A stretch of 64,000 nt of DNA, taken from the NCBI GenBank assembly GCA_038127095.1, contig JAYPGZ010000001.1:72205-136204 (forward strand). Reading direction: 5' to 3'. The notes below the pieces were generated by a model. It worked only from the letters and a program-made list of their open reading frames with translations. It was not told the origin of the DNA and ran no database searches. Positions 9,365 to 20,366 of this stretch are shown piece by piece. Position numbers and translations under genes: made by a program. Every line of letters starts with the position of its first letter. Positions within the stretch are counted from its first letter, which is position 1. This stretch comes from Candidatus Roizmanbacteria bacterium (lineage in GTDB: Bacteria > Patescibacteriota > Microgenomatia > UBA1406 > HO2-37-13b).

Positions 9365-11911
9365 ATGAGTAACGCTGAATTATCACAATTTCTCCCATCA
9401 TACCTCGTTCCTCTTTTTTCGCATAGCAATATTAATTATTTACAGATCATATTACCAGCATTTATTGTTGGAACAATAATACTAACGGTATTAATTAAAG
9501 TAATACGTTTGAGATTCGTTATTCATAAGCCTTATACGCTCCTTGAAGTAAAACCGGTATATAAAACATTGCAGAGTCCTTTGTCTACACAGCGCTTGTT
9601 TACTGTCCTACATTCACTTGAAAAACATGCTTCGCTTACAGAGAGTCTGTTTGGAGTAAAGCAGACTGTAAGTTTTGAACTGATTTCCGACAAGGAGAAA
9701 GGTATAAGGTATATTATTCGGGTTCCAGCAAATAAAATCTCACTTATCAAAAAAACCCTACTTTCCTATTTACCAGGAATTGAGGTGCAAGAGACTGAGG
9801 ATTTTTTACCGAATAGTTTCGTTCAACTGCTAGAAAATAAATATTTCGCTGTAAAGGAGCTAAAACTTCCCAAGCCCTATGTAATCCCGCTTCAGAAGCA
9901 AGATAAACTTGATCAGCATGACCCAATCGCATATTTGACCGGTCATATGACCAAGCTTAAAACAGGCGAATTGGCCGGTCTTCAGATTGTAAATACGCCT
10001 ATTCTGCAGAGAACACACAAATCAATACACAGTCATATATCGAGACTTAAAAATCTCATGATGTCAGGGATCGATTTAAGAAAAGAACTGTATAAGGGAC
10101 GATTCCACAAGCTTTATAGTGCATTGGAGTTTATGATTCAGGGTGAAAAGAAGGAAACAATCAGTCAATCAAGGAGAGAGTTATATGAAGCTATTGAGGA
10201 CAAAATAAACGAGCCTTTGTATGAATGTACAATCCGCTTATTCGTATTAGCAGACAGCAGATTATCAGGTATTAGTCGCATGAATGGATTGCAGTCATCA
10301 TTTGATACGTTTGCCTCAGCTCATCAGTCATTTACAGTAAAGCATATATTTCTCACAAAGATTAATGGTAATATTTTGAATAAGATCCGGTTTTATTTTA
10401 TTAGTAACAGACTGCTTTCATTTACGCAAAACCCTGTTCTATCGGCATCTGAGCTTTCATCGCTATATCATCTACCATACACCGCAACAACCAAAACAGA
10501 GGATTTGATTAATGTTAAGAGTCCAAAGCTGCCATCACCACTCCCTTTAAAAAGCTCGGTAAACAATCTAGATATGGTTTTTGCCCATAACACATATGGT
10601 GAAACAACTGTTCCCATAGGCCTTACACTCGAGGAGCGCAGACGACATATGTATATCATTGGAGCAACGGGTACAGGAAAAACAACGGCCTTGTTGCACA
10701 TGATTCATCACGACCTTTTAAAAGGGAGTGGTGTTGCCATCATTGATCCTCATGGTGATCTCACACAGCGACTGCTTGGAGTTATTCCAAAAGAGAGAAT
10801 ACAAGATGTTGTATATTTCAATCCGTACGATATTGAGCAGCCGGTCGGGTTAAACATCCTTGAACTTTCTGATAATCACAGTGAGGTTGAAACACAGCGC
10901 GAAAAAGACATGATTGCGTCGAGCATGATATCTATTTTCCATAAGCTCTATCCTCCCCGCTACACAGGCCCTCGTATGGAGCATATTTTAAGAAATACGG
11001 TCCTTACGGCGCTTGAACTTGAGAGTCCCACACTACTTACCGTGCACAAGTTGCTCACCGATAAAGATTTCAGAAAGAAAATTGTAGCAACACTTCCGAA
11101 AGGAGTCCTTAAGGATTTCTGGAATAATGAGTTTGGCAAGTTGGGTAGTTTTCAGAAAGCTGAACAGATAAGCCCTATCACAAATAAACTTGGCCGCTTT
11201 CTTACTACTTCAATTACCCGCAATATCCTTACACAACCTGAATCAAAACTGGACTTTACCGATATTATGAATAACAAAAAGATTCTGCTTTGTGACCTGT
11301 CAAAAGGAAAAATAGGCGAGGATACTTCGTCCTTCTTGGGAAGCCTTGTTGTTGCAAAGATCCAACTTGCTGCCCTTAAGCGGGTTGATATACCCGAGAA
11401 TAGGCGCACAGACTTCTTCTTATATATCGACGAGTTTCAGAATTTTGCCACACCAGCCTTTGCACAGATTTTGTCAGAGGCAAGAAAATATCGACTAAAT
11501 ACCATTCTTGCTCATCAGACAATTTCACAAATCGAGGATAAGGATCTGCTGAAGGTAATACTGGCAAACGTGGGGTCCATAATATCATTTAGGACAAGTA
11601 ATCCTGCTGATGAAGATATGATGCTTCCGTTATTTGCTCCAGAGGTTGAGAAGTATGAGATATCAAACCTTCCCTCGTATCACTTTTACATGAAAATTAA
11701 TGCAATTACTCCTCAGAATGCATTTACGGGAGAGATTGATAAGTTTATCGCCGATGATGGAAAGGATGCAAGAAAGTTAGTCATTAAAAACTCACAAGAA
11801 AAATACGGGGTAAAAATACAAGCTAGCAATGATAACAGAGTCTCAACCTTAACGGCAGATAAAATTACTCCAAATGAAAAGGAGCAGACCACTGCAAGAG
11901 CACTTTCCTGA
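9365..11911 (+). CDS. VirD4/TraG-like type IV coupling protein ATPase with long N-terminal extension
   Basis: N-terminal TM helix; Walker A IIGATGTGKTTALLHM followed by IIDPHGDL (the DPxGE-type motif shared by VirD4/VirB4 families); Walker B LYIDEFQNF; ...ILAHQTISQ. Confidence 0.6.
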   Translation: MSNAELSQFLPSYLVPLFSHSNINYLQIILPAFIVGTIILTVLIKVIRLRFVIHKPYTLLEVKPVYKTLQSPLSTQRLFTVLHSLEKHASLTESLFGVKQTVSFELISDKEKGIRYIIRVPANKISLIKKTLLSYLPGIEVQETEDFLPNSFVQLLENKYFAVKELKLPKPYVIPLQKQDKLDQHDPIAYLTGHMTKLKTGELAGLQIVNTPILQRTHKSIHSHISRLKNLMMSGIDLRKELYKGRFHKLYSALEFMIQGEKKETISQSRRELYEAIEDKINEPLYECTIRLFVLADSRLSGISRMNGLQSSFDTFASAHQSFTVKHIFLTKINGNILNKIRFYFISNRLLSFTQNPVLSASELSSLYHLPYTATTKTEDLINVKSPKLPSPLPLKSSVNNLDMVFAHNTYGETTVPIGLTLEERRRHMYIIGATGTGKTTALLHMIHHDLLKGSGVAIIDPHGDLTQRLLGVIPKERIQDVVYFNPYDIEQPVGLNILELSDNHSEVETQREKDMIASSMISIFHKLYPPRYTGPRMEHILRNTVLTALELESPTLLTVHKLLTDKDFRKKIVATLPKGVLKDFWNNEFGKLGSFQKAEQISPITNKLGRFLTTSITRNILTQPESKLDFTDIMNNKKILLCDLSKGKIGEDTSSFLGSLVVAKIQLAALKRVDIPENRRTDFFLYIDEFQNFATPAFAQILSEARKYRLNTILAHQTISQIEDKDLLKVILANVGSIISFRTSNPADEDMMLPLFAPEVEKYEISNLPSYHFYMKINAITPQNAFTGEIDKFIADDGKDARKLVIKNSQEKYGVKIQASNDNRVSTLTADKITPNEKEQTTARALS

Positions 11912-11942
11912 TACAATCACTTGCATTTTAACAGACAATTTG

Positions 11943-12770
11943 TTATTCCTCTGTCTTCTCAAGACGTCCGATAAGCATCTCCAGCTCATTAAGAAACGGA
12001 TGATCCCATTTTCGTTGAGCCATTTTGAGAACCTCTTTTTCAAACCACAACTTTTTATCTTTTCCGCGATTGAATTTTTTCCACAGAGCCGCCCCCTCTT
12101 TATCATATTGAGTAAAAAATGACCGTAGATTAACTATTTTGTCTGCAATGCATACAGCGATTGCTTTTTCTCCACCAGCCTCAACCGATCGGATATACTT
12201 CTCTTTTTTCTTTTCCCAGTCCCTTTTATCAGACAGCTGAGCATCGTTTGATACCGCTTTTACAATCCGAAGCACCTCACTGCCACAGGCTTTTTCAATC
12301 TCAGCCTCGGTGCAATCAGTGTCTTCGAGGAGATCATGGCATAAGCTTGCTGCTATAACTTCAACAGGAAACTTTTGCCGCCACCAGAGTAAATGACTGA
12401 TGTCAAGCAGGTGTTCCATATCCGGGTGATCATCGCCTTTTCGTCGAAGTGGGCCATGATAAATAAGTGTCAACTCAAGGGCTTTTTTTACCATCGGGTC
12501 CAATAAGACCATACTGGCACGAAATTGTCCGCGACTTTTTTTGGATAATATTTCGTAGTCATATCCACAATCCTCAGCAACATTAAACCATGCATTATAT
12601 GACTTCGGACTATCATTATCGCGCATGAATAACTCAATAGCACGTGTTACTAAATGTGCCAGATTATCGCTCTTTTCCACTACTGAGTACTTTTCATCAT
12701 CATATATATCAGCATTAGGTATGGAGTCGAGAAGATCAATTTTGATCAAAAAGTATTGCATATAATTCAC
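11943..12770 (-). CDS. HD-domain (p)ppGpp hydrolase of RelA/SpoT type (small alarmone hydrolase-like)
   Basis: HD motif LCHDLLEDTDCTEAEI plus downstream conserved block (...IADKIVNLR...) typical of the Rel/SpoT hydrolase domain; no synthetase domain. Start possibly at an internal Met (MVLLDPMVKK). Confidence 0.6.
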   Translation of the reverse strand: MNYMQYFLIKIDLLDSIPNADIYDDEKYSVVEKSDNLAHLVTRAIELFMRDNDSPKSYNAWFNVAEDCGYDYEILSKKSRGQFRASMVLLDPMVKKALELTLIYHGPLRRKGDDHPDMEHLLDISHLLWWRQKFPVEVIAASLCHDLLEDTDCTEAEIEKACGSEVLRIVKAVSNDAQLSDKRDWEKKKEKYIRSVEAGGEKAIAVCIADKIVNLRSFFTQYDKEGAALWKKFNRGKDKKLWFEKEVLKMAQRKWDHPFLNELEMLIGRLEKTEE

Positions 12771-12904
12771 CCCCTTTTTGTAAATAAACTTGGGGCTGCA
12801 ATGGACGCGGTTGAAAGTATGTCTTGGGTCGTGAAGTCAACCACCGCTAAAGCCAATATAAGTATAACAGGATGCATAGATTATAACAACAGCGTGTTAT
12901 AAAC

Positions 12905-13567
12905 CTATTTCGACCTGTATCTACTGATAATGCTACTTAAAATTTGCTTTCCCTGTTTGATACTTTTGGATAAATCACTCTCTCTCGTGCCAACTATCAC
13001 ATTGAGTTCATGGGGGTCTTTCCTAAATATTTCAGTGAAAACCCTGTATACAAACTCTGTAATTGCTTCATTGTCTCTGCCAAAATCCGCATTAAGTGTG
13101 TCAAATTCATCCGCCACTTTCGGTTTATGATGATAGTAACAATATTTTTTTATGGTGATTTCACCCTCAGTAAAGGTAAAACCCAAATCTTCAAGAAGTT
13201 TTCTCGTCTGTTTCATATATGGGAGGTGTCTGTTTCCGGGTAATATTGGAAAATCCATAATCATGCTATGTCGCTCTATAGCAAACTGAACAAACTCTCC
13301 TTCTTCATCTCCAACTTGGAATATGACATAGGTAACTCCTGTTAAAGGCTTTAGGATTTCAGTAAGTACAAAGCTAATATAGCCTCTTGGGTCATCGAAT
13401 TGTGATTGTTTTTCAATAAGACGATTTTGAAGCAGCTCTACGCGTTCATCCCGATCAAAGTACTTTGCAACCAGAATTTTATCTTTATATATTACATGAA
13501 AGTATTTACTAGGGTGCAAAGCGTTCAGGTACTGAGCAATTTTATCTTTCAATCTCTTATTATTCAT
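12905..13567 (-). CDS. hypothetical protein
   Basis: 220-aa ORF, 8-nt overlap with the upstream protease gene. Confidence 0.45.
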   Translation of the reverse strand: MNNKRLKDKIAQYLNALHPSKYFHVIYKDKILVAKYFDRDERVELLQNRLIEKQSQFDDPRGYISFVLTEILKPLTGVTYVIFQVGDEEGEFVQFAIERHSMIMDFPILPGNRHLPYMKQTRKLLEDLGFTFTEGEITIKKYCYYHHKPKVADEFDTLNADFGRDNEAITEFVYRVFTEIFRKDPHELNVIVGTRESDLSKSIKQGKQILSSIISRYRSK

Positions 13568-15083
13568 AAAACCAAAGCCAACTCGGATCCTCGACTTCTT
13601 TAATTCTTGGCTGCCATAGTTTTAGTTTACCGTCAATTTCTTTTACTTCCCACCAACCCTCAAAATATTTATATACAATCTCATCATCAATTAAGTCTTT
13701 TGTCGAAAGCTTTACATTTACTACATTTTCTCGATCTGGATCGTCTTTAATCTTAATAACTGTTGTGTCAAGTAATGATTCATATCCAATTTTCCAGTTT
13801 TCAATACTACCCCCTTTTAGGAAATTTTCAGATAATAATGCATATGCTTCTTCCATTTTCCTAATTTTAAGATAGTTATAAAACGAGGAAACGGCATCAA
13901 GCGGGCTCTTATTTGGTTCAAATACAATTCTTTTAACATCTTTCAAAGGATCATCGTTTGAAAGCATCTGAACCCACTTATTCTGAGCAGATTTGGCAGA
14001 TATTGCAAGTCCGAGTCCGGCTGTGCCGGCGGTATTTATTCCCACCACTTCGCCGCAAACATTAACTAAAGGTCCACCACTCACGCCTTGATTGAGAGTA
14101 CCATCTATCTGTATATATTCTATGCCGTCTGCTTTAGAATGACGTCTGGCAGCCATTTTGCCGGTATTAACACTAATGTCGCCGATTAGCGTACCTCCAA
14201 ATGGGTAACCTAGGGCGATAAGCTCTTCTGTAAGTTCAAGACTGTCTGAATCTCCCCAAATAATAGATTTCATGGGGCGCTTGATCGCAAGTATCGCTAA
14301 ATCAGCCTGCTTATCAGCATACTTAATCTCTGCAGTCTCAAATGAATTATCGGGAAATACAACTTTGGGACTTGGCTCAAATTCGATGACATGAAAATTA
14401 GTCATTATCAACCCATTCTCCTTAATTACAAAGCCAGAACCTTCAGCTTCCCCACCAACAATACGAACTATAGAATTTTTAAGCCGAGCGATAGATTCTT
14501 TTTCGTTACATGCTACTTTACTACTTCCACCAAATCTCATCTCAATTGTATCAAGGCGTCTGTTGATATTGTTTATTGACCATATGGTGTATATTCCTAC
14601 TGTACATATGAAGATAGCAAAGACTATTTTGCCGAATGTAGTAAAAAGGCTACTCTTATTCGAATATGATATATACCATTTATAAAAATCATGAATAAAG
14701 TCAACTATAACTATAAGTATGAGTAATAGCGAGATGACCGTGGTCAAATTAACAATGTCTGTTAGAACATTAAAAACAATATTTTTACTTCTAGCAAAAG
14801 AGTCATAATTGGAGCCAGCATAAAATGCTAAACCAAGAAATAGAAATCTTAAAAGAATATGAACTTTACGATACAAAAAAAGTCCTATTTTAATACCTAC
14901 AATAAACAAAAAGAATAAGTAAAGAACGGAAAGTGGTAAATATAAATAGCTATCTTCAAGCTTGAAAAAATATACAGAAAAGCTTATAAGAATAGCTCCG
15001 AGAATAGATACCATAAATACTGGTTTTTTAAAACGCTGAAAGCCTAGTTGTAAACCTCTTTGCGCACTTCGGAGTCTTGACAT
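13560..15083 (-). CDS. membrane-anchored trypsin-like (S1/DegP-type) serine protease with extra C-terminal domain
   Basis: About 6 N-terminal TM helices. Then GSGFVI...GLIMTNFHVI (catalytic His), ...DLAIL (catalytic Asp) and GVSGGPLV (GxSGG catalytic Ser), followed by a ~120-aa C-terminal domain. Confidence 0.6.
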   Translation of the reverse strand: MSRLRSAQRGLQLGFQRFKKPVFMVSILGAILISFSVYFFKLEDSYLYLPLSVLYLFFLFIVGIKIGLFLYRKVHILLRFLFLGLAFYAGSNYDSFARSKNIVFNVLTDIVNLTTVISLLLILIVIVDFIHDFYKWYISYSNKSSLFTTFGKIVFAIFICTVGIYTIWSINNINRRLDTIEMRFGGSSKVACNEKESIARLKNSIVRIVGGEAEGSGFVIKENGLIMTNFHVIEFEPSPKVVFPDNSFETAEIKYADKQADLAILAIKRPMKSIIWGDSDSLELTEELIALGYPFGGTLIGDISVNTGKMAARRHSKADGIEYIQIDGTLNQGVSGGPLVNVCGEVVGINTAGTAGLGLAISAKSAQNKWVQMLSNDDPLKDVKRIVFEPNKSPLDAVSSFYNYLKIRKMEEAYALLSENFLKGGSIENWKIGYESLLDTTVIKIKDDPDRENVVNVKLSTKDLIDDEIVYKYFEGWWEVKEIDGKLKLWQPRIKEVEDPSWLWFYE

Positions 15084-15123
15084 GATTGAAGTATACTACA
15101 AGAGAAGAGTCTTTTAGAAAATA

Positions 15124-15894
15124 CTATGTATCTAAATTAGACTTATGCCTTTGAACAGCAATACGGTAGTTGCAATAATCGCAATTCGGGCTGGAGGGAG
15201 GAAGATCATCTCGATCTAGGCAATCCTTAATATTCAGAATAATTTTATCAATCCATTTGGTTGATCCTTCATAGGGAATAAGGGTAATATCAAATTCCAA
15301 TTTTCCATCAAAAGCCTTCATGTCTGTTTTGCCATTACAGTAAACGAAATATCCAGTACTACTTACTTTAAATCCTTTTTGTCGAAGCAGCCATTGATAC
15401 ACTTCCATCTGTCTTTTGTATCCGTCCTGCCAATCTTTATCAAGCTCAGTTATCTCCTCATTCTTACTGGTTGATTTATAATCAACAACGATATATTCAT
15501 CTTTTGAATTAATCCATAAGTCATCAATTGCTCCGGTAATAATGAGGTTTGTTGGTTTATGATGAAATTGTATTCCTTTAAAGTTCTCTCTCCACTCATT
15601 GAGATCATCATGCGCAACTGGTCGTGCATCAACGCCATATTTGGTTATCAATGGGTGAGCGTCGCCATTCATTCGATGAATATCAAATTCAAGCTTGAGG
15701 AGGTGGTCAACGGCACTATTGAGAGCGAAGGGGAATCCAGGTGGTCTACCCGTACCAAGTCGGCGATCCATATAAAAACAAAATTGACATTCAAGAAAAA
15801 GATCGATTTTAGAACGGCTTATTTTAAATGGCTCTGACGAGCCTGGATTGTATAAGGAATTGTTACTTCTTTGTGGGTTGTAATATTGCGACAT
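15124..15894 (-). CDS. PD-(D/E)xK nuclease, Cas4/RecB-like with four cysteines
   Basis: CQFC near the N-terminus, ...IDDLW...IVVDYKS (D...D/E-x-K core), C-terminal CDYC; arrangement typical of Cas4-like Fe-S nucleases. Confidence 0.55.
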   Translation of the reverse strand: MSQYYNPQRSNNSLYNPGSSEPFKISRSKIDLFLECQFCFYMDRRLGTGRPPGFPFALNSAVDHLLKLEFDIHRMNGDAHPLITKYGVDARPVAHDDLNEWRENFKGIQFHHKPTNLIITGAIDDLWINSKDEYIVVDYKSTSKNEEITELDKDWQDGYKRQMEVYQWLLRQKGFKVSSTGYFVYCNGKTDMKAFDGKLEFDITLIPYEGSTKWIDKIILNIKDCLDRDDLPPSSPNCDYCNYRIAVQRHKSNLDT

Positions 15895-15937
15895 GATTTT
15901 ATCCTTAGTTTTTAGCTAAACGCAAATTTCAATTAAA

Positions 15938-18610
15938 TTATCGACTGCATAACTGCTTAAAACTCATATTTTGTAAAATAGCTGTATGTGGCAAAAGAAT
16001 ATATTTCCATGATTTTCCTCGATTAGCTAAATTATATTTAGTTGATGCTTCACAAAACTTTTTTCCGGCTTCAGATTTTTCATTTACATCATCATTGTTT
16101 ACATCTTTTTCTGCTTTAATTTCAACAAGATATATATCGTCTCTCGTTTCTACGACAAAATCAGGTATATACCGCTGTGAATTTCTTTTCCACCAAATTT
16201 GGAATTGTGATGAGGCAGGACGTAGCCATCGTATAACATCAGGATCCGCCTCAAGTACTGCTGCAAAGTCCTTCTCAGATTTTGAATCAAATTTATACAA
16301 GTTATGACAGGCTTTCTTAAAGCCACCAAAGACTTTTGATGGGATTGTGTTAGTGGGTGAAATAGTCTCTGTAAAATGGTGGATACTATCAGCTGTATAT
16401 TTGGAAAAATTATGTGGTTCAATTCTAGTAAATGGATATACTTCCGGCTCCTCGTAATTTCCTGTTTCCAAGAAGAAGTGTTGTTGTAGCTGAGCGTAAA
16501 TAAATTGACCTATTTCACGCTTATGATAAAGAACGATATTCTTTAAGTCCTCTTCATTCCGTCCAGTACCTAACTTGGAGATTGCTTGATGAACTATTTT
16601 ATATAATAATGGCGCTTCCCGATCATAATCTACTTCCGGGTAGTTGACAAGTTCATTCAATACGATATTACTCGGTGTGTCGCGCTCAAATCCACTCTCA
16701 TCGTTTTGAAGAATCTCGCTCTGATTAGTTCTCAATGTTCGTCTAACAATTTCTTCAGATACAGGCTGGTAATTTAATCCTTGTACGTCGAGCTCAAAAT
16801 CATTGAATCCTGAACGTACCTCATTGTTCTGTTGCACTAATATACGTGGAATTGGAATAGTTTTAAGTACTAATTCTTCTACTACGGCATCGTATTCTTT
16901 TTTCGCTGCTTCAACTATCTGATTCTTAAATAAACTTTGTTGTGGTGAGCGCTCAATTTGCTCAACCATCCTACTAATAGCTAATCTTTGCACTTCTTCA
17001 CTTTTTAGATCGTCTATGTTCTTAATTTGGCTTCCCAATGAGCTCACAGCGTCAACAATCATGCGCTGAGCGTCTAAATTGAATGTCGCAGATTGTCTGT
17101 CTTTTTCATCAGGAATAGATATGATTTGTTTACTTTTTTCATTAAACGAGGCTTCAAGTGTTGCATGAGAAGTAATAACTTCTTGATCTGCTGGTAGTGC
17201 GTCTGGATCAATCTCAATAATATTTTCCTTTCGAATGATTGAATTTGGATCATTAGCTGCATCAACGATTGCTTGAAAACGATCATGGGCAATAATGGTT
17301 AACTTGTCCACTTTATCAACACCTGTTCTTGCTCCATAAGGAAGTCTTAACCCACGACCAATAGTCTGTTCAGTAAGAATTTGGGAGTTGGCCGCTCGCA
17401 GTGGTATTATGGTGTAAAGATTAGTAACATCCCACCCCTCCTTAAGCATGTTAACATGCACTACGATTTCCACCGTATTATCAGCTTTCTCCAAAGCAAG
17501 AAGTTTTTGGACATTCTCTTCTTTCTCTTCTCCGCGCTGGTTTGAATGGATTTCAATAACCTTTCCTTTATATCTTCTTTCAAAGAATCGTTCGGATTCA
17601 ATCATTTCTCGTATCTCTTTTGCATGCTCTGTATCTTTTGCAACAACAAGTACGAATGGTCGCACTAGCGAATTTCCCGTATCGCGTGAATAAATATCAA
17701 GCGCAACTTTTGTGTCCTCATGTATTCGGACTCCATCTTCTAGCTTGATAAGGTCTAATTCCTTAGGATCATCACGATATTGATCGGGGTTAAAATTTCT
17801 TCGAGTAGCAATCGCTGGTTCTTTTACAAACCCATCCTGGAGTGCTTTTGCTAAGGGGTAGTCATACACAACATTTTTAAATACATTACCCTTATTATCA
17901 ATCGGTGTCGCTGTCAACTCTAAGCCTAAAATGGGTTTGAGTTCATTGATTGCTTTAAGTCCTGCATCTGCGCGATAATGGTGGGACTCATCCATGAGGA
18001 GAACGAGATCCGGTAATTCCGCAAGATAATTGAAGTATGATTCACCTAGATATTCTGATAATCTCTTTATTCGTGGTTCACGACCACCTCGTACTTCAGA
18101 ATTAATTTTCGAAATATTGAATATATTTATACGTATGGTTTCCTCAAGCGAAAGTTGCTGATGTTGTTCGTAAGTATCTCCTGTTACAATGCGCGGACCA
18201 AATACAGCGAGCTCAGAGATTCCTTTAAAAACATATTTTGGGCTCTGTGGATTAGAAAGATCATCAATGAGTTTATTGTAAATTGTCAAATTTGGAGCTA
18301 GTACAAAGAAATTCTTAATGCCCTTTGCAGTATAGAGATAGGCGATAAATGCACCCATTAACCGAGTTTTACCTACTCCAGTTGCCAGAGAAAAACACAC
18401 AGATGGAAATTCACGTTCAAAGTCAGAGCAAGTCGGATAAAGTTCGCGAATCTTAGCTATTTCACTGACAATGTCGGCACCGACTTTTAACTCTAAAGTG
18501 TCAGTAATTTTTTGCAATATTTCCAAGCTCTCTGCCTGAGGCTTACGCAAACTCAATCTATTTTTGATATTAAGTGCTTTATTGTTCATTTTGTTCATCT
18601 TCCAAATCAT
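15938..18610 (-). CDS. res: Type III restriction enzyme Res subunit (SF2 helicase plus C-terminal PD-(D/E)xK endonuclease)
   Basis: Motif I LATGVGKTR, motif II LLMDESHH, helicase C-terminal motifs (TIGRGLR), C-terminal PDFVVETRDD...YLVEIKAEKD nuclease motif; immediately downstream of mod. Confidence 0.75.
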   Translation of the reverse strand: MIWKMNKMNNKALNIKNRLSLRKPQAESLEILQKITDTLELKVGADIVSEIAKIRELYPTCSDFEREFPSVCFSLATGVGKTRLMGAFIAYLYTAKGIKNFFVLAPNLTIYNKLIDDLSNPQSPKYVFKGISELAVFGPRIVTGDTYEQHQQLSLEETIRINIFNISKINSEVRGGREPRIKRLSEYLGESYFNYLAELPDLVLLMDESHHYRADAGLKAINELKPILGLELTATPIDNKGNVFKNVVYDYPLAKALQDGFVKEPAIATRRNFNPDQYRDDPKELDLIKLEDGVRIHEDTKVALDIYSRDTGNSLVRPFVLVVAKDTEHAKEIREMIESERFFERRYKGKVIEIHSNQRGEEKEENVQKLLALEKADNTVEIVVHVNMLKEGWDVTNLYTIIPLRAANSQILTEQTIGRGLRLPYGARTGVDKVDKLTIIAHDRFQAIVDAANDPNSIIRKENIIEIDPDALPADQEVITSHATLEASFNEKSKQIISIPDEKDRQSATFNLDAQRMIVDAVSSLGSQIKNIDDLKSEEVQRLAISRMVEQIERSPQQSLFKNQIVEAAKKEYDAVVEELVLKTIPIPRILVQQNNEVRSGFNDFELDVQGLNYQPVSEEIVRRTLRTNQSEILQNDESGFERDTPSNIVLNELVNYPEVDYDREAPLLYKIVHQAISKLGTGRNEEDLKNIVLYHKREIGQFIYAQLQQHFFLETGNYEEPEVYPFTRIEPHNFSKYTADSIHHFTETISPTNTIPSKVFGGFKKACHNLYKFDSKSEKDFAAVLEADPDVIRWLRPASSQFQIWWKRNSQRYIPDFVVETRDDIYLVEIKAEKDVNNDDVNEKSEAGKKFCEASTKYNLANRGKSWKYILLPHTAILQNMSFKQLCSR

Positions 18611-20366
18611 CTGCCAGATCCTCGGTAAGCTTAATGATGTTTAAATCATAATTATCCTGTCCAAATTCACATCTACCTAAAATTGCTTGTGGGATTTTCT
18701 TAACTGTAATATTAGCGAACTTGTTTTCAATTCCTGGAGAGAAAGACTTAGCACAAATCAAAAGACTTTCATTTTCGAGCATTTTTGCATGGATTGATTC
18801 GAGCTGTTCCATGGTTACAAATGCTGTTGTAACAAAAATGTAGTCAGTTTCTGTAGACTTACCATGCTTCCAATAAACCGATTCATCAGGACTATATTTA
18901 AATGCCTCATGTTTACATACCGCAGCAGCCAACATATTGGAATTATAATTCTCATCAATCACGAAGTTACCAAATGAGTCTTTCCTAAGTAGGCTGGGGG
19001 CAAGGTTATAAAACTTAAATCCACCTCCGCCAGTCCAGTTAACAGATCTTGAGATACCACCTTGATCCTTACCATCTACAACACTTCTAAGACGTAGAAG
19101 GCAATGAGTATAAGCATGCTCACCAAGCTCTATACCAATCCACTTTCTATTCATTTTGTGAGCAACTGCTGAAGTTGTCCCTGAACCTAGAAATGAATCT
19201 AGTACATAATCACTTGGTTCTGTTGTCATCCTTATAATTTTTTCTATCAGTGCTTCAGGCTTTTTACCGTTAGGAAATTCTACTAACCCTTCTTTTGTCA
19301 AATTATTTAAATTTAATCCATCCCAGAAAGTACCCTGTAGATCCTTTTTGTACAGAATGCCATCTTTGATCTCAAGAACATCACTTAACCACGTTATCAA
19401 TCTTAGTTTTTCACCTTTATAAAATTGTTCATAGACCTTTCCTTTATTCTTGCCACTTCTAGGCACATACTCAATTGATATTAGATCTGTCTTATGCCCA
19501 ATTTCATTAACCTTATTAAGAACTCTAACGCGAATTGAGCTTTGAGGCATCGCAGTTGTGAAGATTCTATTGTTGTATTTATAATAAGCTTCTTTTTCAG
19601 ATATATTATTTTCCTTAGCAACTTGTGAAACAGACTTAAATATTGGATTAATCCTTTCATACATCCTAATTTCATTTCCATCACCGTCAGTAGTTGATGC
19701 TATATACTTCTTCTCACCGTCGCTTAATAGAACTGATGTATACTTCCAGCTAATATTATTTGTTTTATAAGATTGTACTAACTCATATATTTCTGTTAAA
19801 TCATATACTCCCTTAAATACACTGAGCATCTGATAGTCTTTTGCAAACAAATGAATAAATTCCACATTTTTTTTAAGTCTTTTGTCCTCTCCACCACCAC
19901 TTGCACCAGCAATATTTTTCATTTTCACCGTAATTGTATTAATAAAATTTGATCTACCAAACACCTCATCCATAAGTACTCTAAGATAAGCTTGTTCCTC
20001 ATCATCAATCTGCACAAATATGACTCCATCCGATGCTAATAGTTGCTTAAGTATCATGAGTCTTGGCTTCATTAAACTCAACCACGTAGAATGTTCTAGA
20101 TTATCATCGTAATGTTCGAAGGCACTGCCAGTATTATATGGTGGATCAATATAAATACACTTTATTTTTCCAGCAAAATCCTGCTCTAAAGCTTTAAGTG
20201 CAAGAAGATTATCACCGTGGATGAGCATATTCTCGGAGTTGGGTTCGCCATAAGATTTCTCAGGATCTTCGATTAGAATTCGTGGCTCTAGTTTTAGCTC
20301 CTCATTCTTACCTATCCATGTTAATTCTAGTTTTTGTTTTGTAGGTTTACTCATAATTATGACCAA
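18579..20366 (-). CDS. mod: Type III Mod subunit, N6-adenine (beta-class) DNA methyltransferase
   Basis: IYIDPPYNTG (motif IV) preceding DSFLGSGTTSAVA (motif I), the beta-class order used by Type III Mod; 32-nt overlap with res. Confidence 0.8.
   Translation of the reverse strand: MVIIMSKPTKQKLELTWIGKNEELKLEPRILIEDPEKSYGEPNSENMLIHGDNLLALKALEQDFAGKIKCIYIDPPYNTGSAFEHYDDNLEHSTWLSLMKPRLMILKQLLASDGVIFVQIDDEEQAYLRVLMDEVFGRSNFINTITVKMKNIAGASGGGEDKRLKKNVEFIHLFAKDYQMLSVFKGVYDLTEIYELVQSYKTNNISWKYTSVLLSDGEKKYIASTTDGDGNEIRMYERINPIFKSVSQVAKENNISEKEAYYKYNNRIFTTAMPQSSIRVRVLNKVNEIGHKTDLISIEYVPRSGKNKGKVYEQFYKGEKLRLITWLSDVLEIKDGILYKKDLQGTFWDGLNLNNLTKEGLVEFPNGKKPEALIEKIIRMTTEPSDYVLDSFLGSGTTSAVAHKMNRKWIGIELGEHAYTHCLLRLRSVVDGKDQGGISRSVNWTGGGGFKFYNLAPSLLRKDSFGNFVIDENYNSNMLAAAVCKHEAFKYSPDESVYWKHGKSTETDYIFVTTAFVTMEQLESIHAKMLENESLLICAKSFSPGIENKFANITVKKIPQAILGRCEFGQDNYDLNIIKLTEDLADDLEDEQNEQ

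Noticed and set aside
9365-11911. Alternative reading of the 848-aa ATPase as FtsK/HerA-type rather than VirD4/TraG
   Set aside because: Not fully rejected. The DPxGD motif after Walker A and the ...AHQ..SQ block favour the VirD4/VirB4 superfamily, but the long N-terminal extension is atypical; recorded as VirD4-like at moderate confidence
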